Source: Oopsacas minuta
Taxonomy: Eukaryota; Animalia; Porifera
Assembly: GCA_024704765.1 (NCBI GenBank)
Contig: JAKMXF010000088.1
Coordinates: forward strand, 434,001-498,000
Direction: 5' to 3'
Length of the DNA: 64,000 bases
The notes beneath the pieces are model-generated. The model did not search any database. It had not been told where the DNA came from and saw only the letters and a program-made list of their open reading frames with translations. Shown one piece after another: positions 27,037 through 41,300 of the stretch. Position numbers and translations under genes: made by a program. Numbering within the stretch: the first letter of the stretch is position 1; each line of letters starts with the position of its first letter.

Positions 27037-27256
27037 GACCATTAACAATAGGCGGCCTTTTCCTATTTTACTATGTCTTTCGACCTGTTACACATATTTA
27101 TATATCAACCATTTGTTGTACAAAATATAATTCTATTTGCTGTGCACATTTAAATCGTACTTGTATTGTAAAATGAATAAATTTTGTGTTTGGATGTATA
27201 ATTAGAATTCTGGAGTGAATCGTTAATTTTCTCTCATAGATAATATTTCGGATTGA

Positions 27257-27403
27257 GGGAACTTCTCGGGGAACTTCTGGTAACGAAGTGAAAAATATTA
27301 GAGGTAATTCCTAGTCCCAAACAAATGAACCTTCATAAGCTGGGATGAGAGTAGCATTTATCGGCGTCCCTGACACTGTAGCCCATTTGTGGAGGTTACA
27401 CTT
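27257..27403. mobile_element. MITE family B in the DENND4-VIPAS39 gap
   Basis: aattcctagtccca core and tttgtggaggttacact end. Confidence 0.78.
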
Positions 27404-27689
27404 TATATGATAGGGACAGCAGTATTGCTGATTTAGAATTACACCATTTTTGACCTGGCTACCGAAATATATGTGTATTAACCGGAGCTATTAGCATGGT
27501 TTTGTTTCTGGACAAGTGACCCGTATTTAGAATGTTGACGCTTTGTGTGTTGTGTTTTTCTCCAAATATTCAAAAGATCACACTCTGAACTACATTTTTG
27601 CAATTTTTAGCATACTAATAGACAATATTTTTTATATGAATAATTGTGACCCAAAATACACTCCAACATTGTCTTAGAAATTAATTCAA

Positions 27690-27708
27690 GAATTGATTCT
27701 TCAATTAG
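27690..27708 (+). promoter_or_regulatory. Candidate (trans-)splice acceptor of VIPAS39
   Basis: ttgattcttcaatTAG|aaATG. Confidence 0.55.
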
Positions 27709-27710
27709 AA

Positions 27711-29105
27711 ATGGACGCATTATCTCCACTTTTATCAAAAGGTGCATCCAAGAAAGAAGCGAATTATTTTAATTTTGATGATGATTTTGAATCCAAATTG
27801 ATGTCAGATGAATACCAGGATGTTTCTGCGAAAGAGTTTCGCAGTTCTAGCATTGCACACCAAATGAAGGATTCTGTATTCACAGTCCAAGAAGATGAAT
27901 CGGGTATCAAAATAGGAGCGCCGATTTATCAACCAGAACTCGAAAAAATCGATATATCTAACCCTGAAACTGTCAAATTTACTACAACACCAGAAAAAGC
28001 CCCAGAAGAGCCGATTCCAGAAATTCTGGAAAAAATCGAAAGTGCTATTGAGCCTAGTGATATTATTCGCGATATTTTTCTAGGCAAACATACTTGGATT
28101 GGCAGATTTAGGGAACTTTCGAAAAAACGCGAGCTATTAAAACTTGCGTTAGAAACATACGATCAAAATACTATTTTCTCAGTTCTTTGGCATTTGAAAG
28201 CGACTCTTAGTAACGAAGTATTGATAAACACATTGGATGAATTTCCTGCTTCAAAACTGCATTATTATACTCTTTTACAACAGAAAGGACTAGAGGAGGA
28301 ATTAATTACAACCACACATGCTTGCAAGGACTATGGAAAAAGTGGTTTGTTAAAGTTAAAACAAGCTAGGAGATTAGGTGATCCCTACAAACAATTTCTT
28401 ATGATGAAAGATTGTGAAAATTATTTCAGGAAATTTGGGTTTATACAATTGGCGGATTTTGTTTTGGATGAATGTGATTTGTTGGACGCTCAACTTTCAA
28501 TTCATACTTTTGAGAAATCAACTGGCATGATACAAGAAGGAATAGGAAGTGTAGAAATATTCAGTCCAGTTCTGAAAACACCGAACTTTACAACTTTATA
28601 TTATCTCTGTCTACGACATTTTCATTCGAATACTGGCTTATCTTCTCCGACTAATTTCCAAGCTAAATTTGATATCTCAAATGCTGATTTCTTGTGTATA
28701 GCATTGAGTGCTAGATCACAGGTTAAAGACTGGCAAAGCGTTGATAATCTACTCAAGAAATACCAAACTAAAACCTGGTTTGGTAAAAATAATTCATTCG
28801 TGTTAGCCCCAGAGAAAATTATTGAGATTTTCCATCAAAAAGATCCTTCCCCGTGGGTCGCAACTGGTAACGAATTGAGAGACAGTTTAATAGTGTCTCT
28901 TCTCAACCAAATTGAGGACTTAGAAGAGAGATATTTATGGTCTTTTAACTTTTTATGTCATCCTGTTGTTATCGATACTCTCGTAAAATTGAAGGACAAA
29001 AATCGATTAGAAAATTATGTTACATATTTGCCTCGTACTTCAAAGTATTTGAGACAGATTGGTGACAAGCTTGCGGCTAAGTCGATTATTTGGAGAGATT
29101 CGTAG
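27711..29105 (+). CDS. VIPAS39: VPS33B-interacting protein VIPAS39/SPE-39, intronless, ~464 aa
   Basis: FNFDDD near the N-terminus; [40 protein letters not shown] ~ [52 protein letters not shown], KTWFG and terminal IIWRD. First ATG is at 27711; the ORF track's 27693 start is a TTG. Confidence 0.9.
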   Translation: [464 protein letters not shown]

Positions 29106-29369
29106 ATAGTTTTATATCCTGCTTGTATTTTAATATATTCAATTGCATGCTATCATTGTATAAAGTTGATTATCTACTTACCAAACTCTTTACAATTTTC
29201 CGGAGTTTCACATTATTTCCCTATTAAACACAAAATATCCAGAAATATTGTAAAAAGTAGAATAATATTCTCAGATTTTCAAGTGATATCTCGGGTTAAG
29301 TGTATTTGTTTGTGTTAGTTTATTGTTATTTTTGGCATAATAGAATTAGGAAATTCAACCCGATCACTG

Positions 29370-32300
29370 ATGGAATGGAGCTTCGAAAGTGAACCGATAG
29401 TACGACGCCACAGTCTCCAGGAGACGATTATTCCACTGACAGAACATTCTAGTACTCCCTCACTTAAGTCACAATATAGTGACCTAGAGGGAGAATGCAA
29501 AATTGTAAGTATTTACACATTACACATTTATAAATACAGTGTAACCTCCACAAATGGAGCCTGTGGAAACGGAGTGAATAAAATTGGCGAATGAACCTCT
29601 ACGAAAGGGGAATTCGGCAGAAACTGGGAAACGGATAGTACTTATGATTTTATTGAATTTTCAACTCGAATAATCCATAGTCTATAATTCTGTAATATTT
29701 CAGGTAAGATTCTTTCTTGACACGCTAAGTGGAGAATTAATGAAGACAATAGAAATAGAAGGTAGTCCTACATCTGCAGAAATGATATTTCTACTATTAG
29801 AGAAATATTCCCCTGTCCTAAGTACAGATATAAGTGTTTGTGATGACTTCCAATTGATACAGCTGGGACAAGATGGTTTGTAACATGTTTTGACAACTTA
29901 TCATTAACATATTACTATTACCAATTACAGTTAACCCCCCATTATATCGAACATGGATATGTCCGAATACCCACTTATGTCTAAGTGTTAGATTGTGCAA
30001 ATATTATCACAAATCGTCAAAGTATGTTACATGTTACTTTTCATCGGTTGTATCGAAAAATCGAAAAAATATCGCGGTCCCTGGAGCTTCAATATAACTG
30101 GGGTTTTTGATGGTAAATCAATTCTCGTTTGATCAGCTTATTTATAGCTATTTTATTCATTTTTATAACGTCTAGATATGGTAATATTCAGCACATACAA
30201 CTTGTTAATCCGTTTATTAGAGTTCGAATAAAATCAGACTATAATCAAGTTTCATAATTTGCTAACTCTATAGTCATATAACTTCCCAGCTGGTATTATA
30301 GTTGCAAGACATATTTATAGGCGCCGATCATAACTGTTTAAAATTGCTCTCAAACTTCACTCAGTTATATGTCTGTTAAGATCACTGAATATCCCAAGTT
30401 TCGTCGTATTTTGTACACAATTCACGAACCGTTGTTTGAAGATGGATCATTGAAAGGTTAGTTGCAGTAAAATATAATTATTGGGATTACCTCATTCGTT
30501 AATTTAAGAAATTCGTTTGCAAATACTTAGCAAATATTCGAGATGGAATGACAAATTGCATATCTGTTATATATTTATTATTATCTCTTATTGGTAGCTA
30601 GTCAAATATTTGTTCATTTCTTTAGCCAGGTTTTGTTTGAAGAACTAGTAAGTGTTACAAACTTGAAATTAGGCAGGTGTGTATTGTGTATGGTGTAACT
30701 AGGAACAATATCTTATTTCTCAGCGATCGCACTTTCTGAGAAAATGTTACAAATTCTTTGATCTATCAGTTTTGAGGGTTTAGCCAGCATATCTTAGGCT
30801 GACGTTATATTGAATGTACAAGTTAGTAAATTGATTGGCTTATGAGCAAAATTATCACGAAAAATCTCAAAAAATACAGCAAATTGTAATTCAAATTCCA
30901 AACACACTTTACAAGAAATATATTGATTAGTCAAATTACTACTCAATACACATTATAAGATTAGATTTACCGATAATCTATACAAGAATCCATTAGTTAT
31001 CTCCCATTCTCTTCACGATTAATTGAAACAATGTTAATGACCTTTTATCACTCAACTTAACTCAAATCTCTGATAACGGTTAATATGATACCAAAGTCTA
31101 CAATAGGTGCCATATGACGAGTTTCCACAAGTCTATCAATTATAATTATCTTACTGGTTTAATTGTGTTCTAATTGTTGTGTTTTTGTATAGAAAAGTTG
31201 AAATTATTAAGAAATAGTGTATTTTACAGTAATCGTACTATGTTCAGACCATAATTATACACTGTTCCTATGGCAGAGAGATCAAGAGCTTAAAAGATAA
31301 GCCAACAATCGTTATGACTATTAGGCTAGCTCATAAATTCACAAAGAAATATAGTGATAAACCACTTAATGAAGAACAAAGTATCACTCTATTCCTCCTA
31401 TTTAATACTCTTATATGGAGTTGTCATTATATATCCCTGATGCTATGGTCTGCCCTGCAATCTCAATAATTAATCCACCACATCAATGTACAGTTACTCC
31501 CTCCTTCATCTAGCATTCTATTTTAATATTACAGCTACTCTTTTCTTCTTACACAAATACAATGCGTTAGATATTAATGCAGTTTACAGTATTACCTCTC
31601 TGTAGTGAACCCACTCGGAACAGAAATTTTTGTTCACTAGCCAGAGGTGTTCATTAACCAGAGGTTCAAATTAGGTGATTGGGATCAATTTGGGGCTGAA
31701 GAATAGTGTTCAGTGTTTAGAGGTGTTCACTAGTGGAGGTTTCACTGATTTCGATTAGCCTAGCCCTTATCAAAATACTCCTTAGATTCTTCTAAGTTCC
31801 TTATACTGACTCAGTGTCAAATCTTGATCGGGGATTCTATTTTTACTTAAGATTATTACTTCCTCCTTTGACCAGGACCGTAATTTGGGATTTTCGTCTG
31901 AGCTGTAAGTAAATTTTGTTAACAGTAGAATCTTCACGCTACATTCAAACAGTTTATCAATACGAATATTTAAGTCGAATTTAATGCTGATAGACTATCA
32001 TTTCGAATAATTAACAATATGAATGCACTATTCAACCGTAATCAATCAAATTTACCCCATGCCCTTATGTTCTTGTTATCATTTCACTGATATATTTTTG
32101 ATCTGTACTGATACCATCGAGTTTGCATTAATTCAAACTCCATTAATACTTCCGAGGGATCTGTTCTTTTCGCATAAGTGTTTCATTAGTTATTGGATAT
32201 ACTCGTATTCACATTATAATTTGAGTGCTAAGATATATATAATTATTCAAAATAATTATTCACCATTAATGACAAATACGAAAGCTTTGTATATCTGATT

Positions 32301-35300
32301 TAGCAAATTCATTCGAATGAACGAACAAACTGCTCGGAATAATTCAATGATGGAGAGAGATATTAGAATGATTTGTAGCTGGCTAATCGATTTCTATATT
32401 GACAGTTACATACAGTGTGAGTAGTGAACAGATGTATATCAGATGTATATCAGGTTCTTCCTTACTAAATATGGATCGTTATCCATTTCCGAACATTTTA
32501 GAATTCATTTAGAGTCACTAGTCTGTTTGGGGTTTGCTTCCACATGAATTAATGGTATCTTATGAATATTTTTATTGTGTTTGAGAATGTTTTAGTGACT
32601 CAATTTCTGTTTTTGCTAGATTCGGATAAACTGTTTTGAATTCCAAATCCCTTTCTTGTAACTAGCTTCTACATATGCCAATGAGGTTACCTTTATATTA
32701 TTCAATCATAAGTAAATTATTACAAATCTGTCCGTAACAGCCAGTGGTAGCGAACAAGTTCAAAGCTTACCCATCAGCATTCGTGGGAATGTTAATTTTA
32801 TTTGTCATATGGGAAGATAATTGAATATTCTATGAGAATTCATACTGATATGCTATATGTTTTATCAAAGTTGTTAAACGTATTTGTATCGAATTTCCGT
32901 CCATTATCAGGGTATTATCCGGTACGTAACAGAATCGCTGTTTTCGTTAATACTTAACATGGATCATCGTTTTATCATACATATATGACGTCAAGAAGCT
33001 AGTATATATCTATAAGCACGAAGTTCTCATTCCATTTTTGCGTGTTTCTTTATCCAGGAATTTCTGGCTCGGTATTTCTTCTTCAGGAACTCTCCCCTAC
33101 GGGAGATAGTCAGTAGAAATTCGTGTCCCTATCTGACATACGTATCAAGATTACGTATTCAATGTTTTATTAACAGAATACATTGCAAGGTATTTTACTG
33201 TTTTGTGAGTATAAATTACGTGGATTTCTGCTACGCACCTCAACAAGCCTTTATGTGGCTTATATAATTAATTTTAACGTTCTACACATCAACAGAAAAC
33301 TCCTTGTATTCTGTATATATATATATATGGCCACTCCCTTTTCATAGAAATTTCTTGTCTATAATCTTTGATGTTTTGATAATGAATTGAGTTCATTAAT
33401 GTTGATATACGCAAAGCTGTTAGTCCTAGACAGGTTGCAGGGCTGTCTCCGTCAATACTTTTTATATTACGCCATTATTTGGTTTAGAAACTATCTGATT
33501 TATTGCCCGTATACTTTCATGTTTGTAGTATTAAACTTTGCACACGAATCGCTTATCAGAGAAAGTACATTTGATTATGCTATATAGTTGGACAGATGCT
33601 TAATACTAACCTACTTAGTAACTTGAATCATCTCCGTTAAAATATCATTCAAAGTATTCTAGATAGCAGATTCGGCTATACACGTATTTTAAATATTAGG
33701 TTATGTGGAAAAAGCTTTAAATTATTAGAATTTTGTTCTATAGAGTTAACTCTCGTTATATCGAAGCTCAAGGGGCTGCAATAATTACAGGGTTGCCATG
33801 GGTATGGAGATCATTTTCTTGCTATGGGAAACCCTTGGGAATTCTATTCCTCACCCTGGCGCCTTCTCTTGCGATGAATAAATTCATTTTTTTCAGAGTT
33901 GCTTTCGGAATGGATATATCGAGGTCTGAAATTATACAAATTTGGCCCCAAACCGTTGAACTCCGCGTATATCGATGTAATTATCGCCGTCCCTTGAGCT
34001 TCGATAATGGGAGTTGACTATAATAGCAAAATTTTTACTATCCCTTTTTTTAGTTCGGAAAATCGAACTCTGCTTGTTTCGAAGTCTTCAGAACAGTCTG
34101 AATCTGTTCGATAAATATTTCAACGAACATCGCTTATACGGGGTATAACATGGTTTTGATCAAAGTGAATACACATATCCTTTGGACTTCGATATACCAA
34201 AAATTGTCAGCATGCAAATTCCATCGTATATTTAAAATATTTCGCGATATGTTGATTTCCACATGTTGAATATTTCTATACTAATAGACTATTACATATA
34301 CTGCCAGTTAAAGAATAATGCTAACACCGATATCTTTTAAAGAATGTGTCTTGTAATATTCCACGAAACTAATTGGTAATTTAACTGTTAAGCTTATCCT
34401 TAGTTATCTGTACTTGTATTTCAATGTTGGCCAATTCGTATATATATACGTATATCATAAGCCCCCTTAGATCTATTGAATTATACTGACAAGGTTTACC
34501 ACACACTCTTTGTACTATAGAAAGTATAAATAAGAATATTGAATATTCATTTTTTGTATATTTCAGAATTTTAAGGTAAATATTTGCATTTGTTCTTTGT
34601 TAGCATTTGTTTGTTTACACATATTTATTATTATTGTTATTTTATAGGTGATAAGATACTTTATCCAGGAGATCAGCCGTTTTCTAATTCAAACAATTAT
34701 CCTTTTGGTAGTACAGAAAATTTCAATTTTCTTTTGAAAGATAAACGAAAATTCGATCAGAAATCAAACCCTTCAACTCTAGACTCGATGCTTAAGTTTG
34801 GCAAGTAGGTTTCTCATTGTGTTTCCCATCTTTATGAGAATTGAACCAAAACGTATAAATTCCACAATGTTTAATTCGTTTAAGTTTATTATCAGTTTAA
34901 TTAAACAGGTAGCAGAGCTGGCGTCTATGTAATCAACTGATAAAAATAGTTTATTGACTCTTTTCTTATAAATTTTCAAATTCCGCTTAACTATTTTCGT
35001 AATGTCTTTAATACAGTCAGGGGACAAAAGTATTCGACCACACAAATATATTGTCATAAATTGTATACTCTTTCCCGCTCCTATATATTGTGTAGTCTAT
35101 ATTCGTAGCTGCTATCTAGTAATTTGTATAGAATAACATATGTTTTCAAGAATTTCAAAAAAATATTTTAGATTGACACTTTTTGAAGGTGTTAATTATC
35201 AATAATTATTAGATAATTATTGATAATCAAAATATGTGGTAATTCAAAACCTATTAAGAATCTATAATTTCTGACTTGATATTTGAATTCTACGTAGGCG

Positions 35301-38300
35301 AGTTACCCCAGCTTGAAATTTCCAATCGGATTGAACAATTTTACCAGAGTTATAAAAGAATTTCAATTTGTCCCACTTGTGCCACTTTTTCAAAAAGTGG
35401 CACAGGTGGCAGGAAAAAGCGCCACTACAAGGAAATCAACTAGGGTTAGGAGGAATAAGTCGAAGTAATATTTTCGAATGATATGACTATGCTAACCCTA
35501 GAATTCCAAAATAACCTCTTGGTAGCGGCCACTTGTGCCACCTTGGGCAAAAGGTGGCACAAATGGCACAAAATTGAAATTCATCTATAACTCTGGTAAA
35601 AATTGTTCAATCCGATTGGAAATTTCAATCTGGGGTAACTCGCCTACGTAGAATTCAAATATCAAGTCAGAAATTATAGATTCTTAATAGGTTTTGAATT
35701 ACCACATATTTTGATTATCAATAATTATCTAATAATTATTAATAATTAACACCTTCAAAAAGTGTCAATCTAAAATATTTTTTTGAAATTCTTGAAAACA
35801 TATGTTATTCTATACAAATTACTAGATAGCAGCTACGAATATAGACTACACAATATATAGGAGCGGGAAAGAGTATACAATTTATGACAATATATTTGTG
35901 TGGTCGAATACTTTTGTCCCCTGACTGTATATACGAATATTTATCTGCAAATTCGTATTAACTGTGTTCGTGTTCACGAGGTTCCACTTTAACATTAGTT
36001 ATATGTGAATGAATACTCTACCAAGCTCTCTAATACATAATATTCCATATGAAATCAATCCATACAATTTACATGTAAGATTATTGTCAATCCTCATTAT
36101 CCCTATCAATATACATACTGTATTATTCCAGTTTATATTCTAATACAGTCGACTCCGGTTAATCGGACCATTTTCTCCTGAACGGAATCTAATCTAATCC
36201 AGGATTAATATTTAACATTTTTCGGTTAATCAGACACTCCGGATAATCGGACCACTTTACTCTGGACAAAAATGGTCCGATTAACCGGAGTCGACTGTAT
36301 TACTATTTATATATTGTATTTATCTAATTTGAGTGCTAAGATTTATTCAATTCAACACCTTAGGCATTATAAAAGTTAATTTGAATGCCACATGAATTAG
36401 ATTTCTTTTGTTTTATATAACAGCTGGCTTAAGTGTTAGAAAATGAACTATTCATAGAACTTTAATGTTAATTACCAATACCTTAATTTTACGTATAGTC
36501 AACTCCCGTTATGTCGAACACGGATATATCCAAGTACCCGCTTATATCTAACTCTGAAATTGTACAATATGGTCCCAAATGATTATCACGGTCCCTTGAG
36601 CTTCAGTATAACGGGAGTTTACTGTAATTCAATTGCAGTAGAATCCGACTCGTGTGTCAGTTTTAAGCGGAATTGACTGCACATAATCCTTACACAAAAT
36701 ATTATATATCCTTTACTTTAGTTTTCTATCTGGTGCTTATAAATCTACTCCAACATCCTCATCTAACTTCAGTCTAGTCTCTAATATGAGTTCAGATTCC
36801 AGTAGTAATACAGGTGGATCTACACCAATGTTAGATACAAGCAAGGCATTATTAACACCGAATTATCCCAGGAAATCTAGCCTTCCATCAATCGTAAATG
36901 ATGAACTAAAAACGAATTCGTTGAATAGAAATAAGAGCTATTCAAAATCAAAAAGTGCTCAAATTCGTAAGAACAGTTTCGGAGCGTTTATACGTTTTAA
37001 AGGAAAAAAGAAGGAAATTGACGACGATTTTGATGTGCCAAATCCGATCAGAAAATTCTCGACTATGCCGCCCGCACCAATTGAAGAATACGAACATCCG
37101 AGTTTGTTTATTCCAATTCATATTTGTATCAATAAATCTGCACAGAAGAAGGATGTTGTTACCAATTTGCCTTTAACACATGATTTGACAGTTGATAGAG
37201 CTCTCTCAAAGTTGTTATCAATGGAGGGAGTTAATAAGAATGATCATAGGCTGTACGGCTTATATCAAGTACCTACTTCCAAATCCGATACACTTTCTAG
37301 ACCTGAGAGACCAAGATCTCTAGCATGGGCTGATGATCAGGCTAAACGATTGGACGGGAGGGAACGATTAATCGCGCTACACACCCTGAGTAAATCTAGT
37401 CCTGCTATTGAGAGAAGATTTGAGTTGAAGAAGAATTCTAGTGTTGAACCGACTGCTAATCAGGGAGTGAGTTGCTGTACTATTAGTAGTAATTGTAACG
37501 TTTATTTTTTAAGGGCAACAAGCATGAACTTTATTAATCTAGGAACAAGTTCTGTTTGCGAGCCGCGTAGCACGTGCAAGCTATACGTACTTGTTAACAC
37601 ACATTCCTAAACACGTTAACACCTTAATATTCATAGCAACCAAATCTATTAAAGTATGCAATAATTTGATTATGAACCTGCCATATATTTTCATTTCTTC
37701 CATAAATAATTAGTAAAGATTAGTTCGTAAAATACTTCCTTTAATAAGAACTATAGCTATACTACAAATCTCTCTTGTCACAGTATTGTACCAATAGCAG
37801 CAGAGTTGATTTAGCGAAAATCCATAACTCTAATTGCATTCCTCAAATGTACCCGTTTACTTAATGGTGTCGAATTATTATTTGGTTATACAACTTATGG
37901 AATGCCATAATTCTGCTAATTGAGGTTAGAATTGAGTATTAATTATTGTGGTTGTTTTGTGTTTATATTACAGGGTTGTTAGAAGTTAATTATCATATTT
38001 TAGGGTGAAACAAATTAGCGAATTTGTGACGATTATCCAGATATACAGTAAAACTAGGATAAGACGAATTAACGTCTTCTCTGAATATGGGTTTATTAAG
38101 ATGAATGGGAAGTGAATTTTTACGGAAAGTATGTCTTTTCCAAGTTCTAGTGCAGCTATATTTCTAAAATATGATGATTGAAAGCTGAATTTTATCAGAT
38201 TTTGAGAATTGTTTCTTTAGAAAACGTTCAATCTTACATACAGAGCAGTTAACTTTGGAGAAGACTTCTATAATGACGTCAACAATGAGAGTCCAGTTGA

Positions 38301-41300
38301 GAACGAATGTATCCTGGATCCACCTAATGTACTCTCTACGGACTCTACAGTATCACCGACACAATCTACCGACACAATTACGACAGAAATTGAAAAACCT
38401 GATATTTCTGAATACGCTAGCGAGACTTCTCTGGCTAGTAAAGAGATACGAGAGGAGGAGCTTAACAATATGCTGGATCTACATAGGACTCCGAATACAC
38501 ATCCATACTTATTGAATCTTAGATCTTATCCTATATTGACAACTCTACTCATTCATTTGAATGATTCAGTTGTTTATATTGGGAGTGATTATCAAGAGGT
38601 GAGATTGTTTATTTGTTATAGCTAATTCCACGGGGACTATACGTATACTTAACTTCCGTTATATCTAACATGGATATATAGAAATGCTAGCTTATATTGA
38701 AGTCTTAAATTGTACAAATATGGTCCCAAACCTTTAAAGTAACATATATTTTTCATCGGGTTATATCGAAGCAATTATCGCGGTCCCTTGAGCTTGGATA
38801 TAACGTAAGTTGATTGTATTTGAATTGAATATATATTTTTAGATAATCTTAGTTCGATTTGAGTGATATTTATTCATAAGCTTTGTGATCTTTTCCCTAT
38901 AATGAATCAGTATTATTGGGTCATTATCTGCGACCCATTAAGACCATTAAGACGGAGCAATCAACAAATTAACATAGTTATGTTACTGACCAAGTGACCC
39001 GATAACCTGTGTCTCAATTATATATAATCATATGTCCATAATTGATTATATATAAACAGATCTCAACAAGAAACCGTATCTAATGTGTAATCCAATATTG
39101 TTGTCTTAAATATTATTCACTCCCTTTCATTGAATGTAATTCCTTTCTAGCTAGCTTCTTGAATTCTTTTGTAATTTTAGCAGTTTGTAATTAATAATGT
39201 TCAACGCACTTTTGCTTTGAGATCATGATCCACGCGTTCGCTTATCTCTCCTATCGAATTTGTGTTTAATTGTTACAATGCATACGGGCGTAATTATTGA
39301 ATGCTTAGCTATATGATAAATGTAACAGGTTACTTTGATATTAAATATGGAAATTAAGTGTTTGATAATTTGCAAATATACACAATAATTGTATTATTGC
39401 AGAAAGAATTTACTGATTACTTAGATAGAATTCTTTAAAGATATTCTATATTTGTCTTAAATATTACTACAGTGGAATTGTCATCATAAGGGTTGTCCTA
39501 GCGGCCTGGAATTAGACTTCTCTCTCCCTTGGTGCCCCCCCCGAAATATGGAATCTTGACACGTCTAATTTTGACCTTCACCTCTCGTTATAACTAATTC
39601 TGTTAAAATTAACTTTATCAATTTTGGGAATACATAGATATCGAATTAAAATCGCATTACTCTTATATCACAGCTCAAGAATGACAAATGCTTCTATGAA
39701 AGTGAAGTTCTACAAAACCGATAAAATATATGTTACTTTGACGGTTTGAGACCATATTTGTACTATTTAAGACCTCGATACTAGCGAGTATTTAGATATA
39801 ACCGTGTTCGATAAAAGAGGAGTTGGCTATAAAAACATGGAAAATTTGTTAATACAAATTATGAATACGTATATTAACATCATTTTGTTATGTTAGGGCC
39901 GATTGACAGACAGCAGTACATTCGTATCCTTGAAAGGTTCAGACATAAAACCTACTCACTGTCGTATTTCCTTCTCTCCCCCTCCCCCTAACATTCCTCA
40001 GCTCATTATGCATATTGAACCTATAGCAGATGCTATTGTGTTGGTTAATAACAAGCCAGTGGCCATTTCAACAAAGGTTCGTTATCTTTAAAATAGAAAT
40101 ATTTGATAATAGTATAAACTCATAAGTACGAACACCAATGGACCGTCAAAAATGTTCTCCTTACCCGAAAGTTTGCTAATTGAAAACATATTATACTTAC
40201 GTCACAATATACTCTAACTGCTTATAGGTTAATCCGGGTGATCTAATACAACTGGGAGACAATTTCCTATTCATGTACAGAAATCCAGCTTTTGAGCATC
40301 ACTACCCATCCTATCGTCTGAATTGGACAGCTCATATTAATGACACAGTACCACAGAGTGACGTCACTCAGTTACACTCAACTCCTAAACTAATCATGGG
40401 AGAATCTATAATAGAAAAATTCTGTATAGATTCAATCTCTGAGACAGATATTCAAAATATGCGATCTGTTTCTATGTATTCTGATGACGGATTTTATTCA
40501 GTGGGAACTCTTAGTCCGAATGAAAAGAAGACAATGCTGTTCAGTTTACCAAATTTTGATTATTTGATCGATGCTGTAACGAGGAAGTTTGAGATCTATT
40601 CTGAAAAGGGGAAATTGATACCTGCATGTATGTTAGCTCAGGGATTTGATTATTCACAGAAGAAGGAGCATTCTCTTGCTGTTAACTTCTTTCATAGCGC
40701 TTCATCGGCTCTTACTAATGCTATAAAGGTAATTTATGATTCTGGAGCTTGTTTGGGTTTCAATTTCATATTCAAAGGATAATTTTGAAAAACCAGTGAA
40801 ATCTGTAAAACCGTTTCAAACATTTATTTCCGTTTTTATAATTTATACTTTTTCTAGACTTCAGTTTCTAAACTTTCTCATATTCAAGCTGATTACATCT
40901 TGTAAGTTCATTTAAATTTCATAACATTTGATAATATAATTGACTCCTCTTAATTGGACGCTAGCATTCCTTAGGTTTTGTTCCACTTAAGCAGATTTTA
41001 ATTCCCCCATAGCGACGGGCTCTTACACACAGAATCATATCTTTCCCTCAATTTTAATATTTTACATTCTTCGGGACATGAACGTATCGTTCTCTTAGCT
41101 TTTATATATTGTCTATTCTCATGTATGAATAAATTGTAGACATGCAAATCAAACTGGTTAGACTAGATTAATTCCCACATTTCTATTAAATTCATTATCA
41201 TCATCCAGTGCAACTATCCTGACTAAACAAAATGCCAGCTTACCATGGTATAATTGCAAACAGCTGTTTGAGTACAAAAGTAATTATAGTGGGATTCTCT

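Noticed and set aside
31250-31520. Minus-strand traces like Tc1 transposase motifs (GGS..MWW; LDLSAI ~ PDLSPI)
   Set aside because: Many stops, wrong spacing and no TIR; could be chance. A translated HMM search would be needed.
33733-34017. 94-aa ORF
   Set aside because: Lies wholly within a MITE-derived composite; no domain recognised.
34779-35057. Minus-strand 92-aa ORF entering the foldback element
   Set aside because: No transposase motif; it spans intron sequence and a TIR end.
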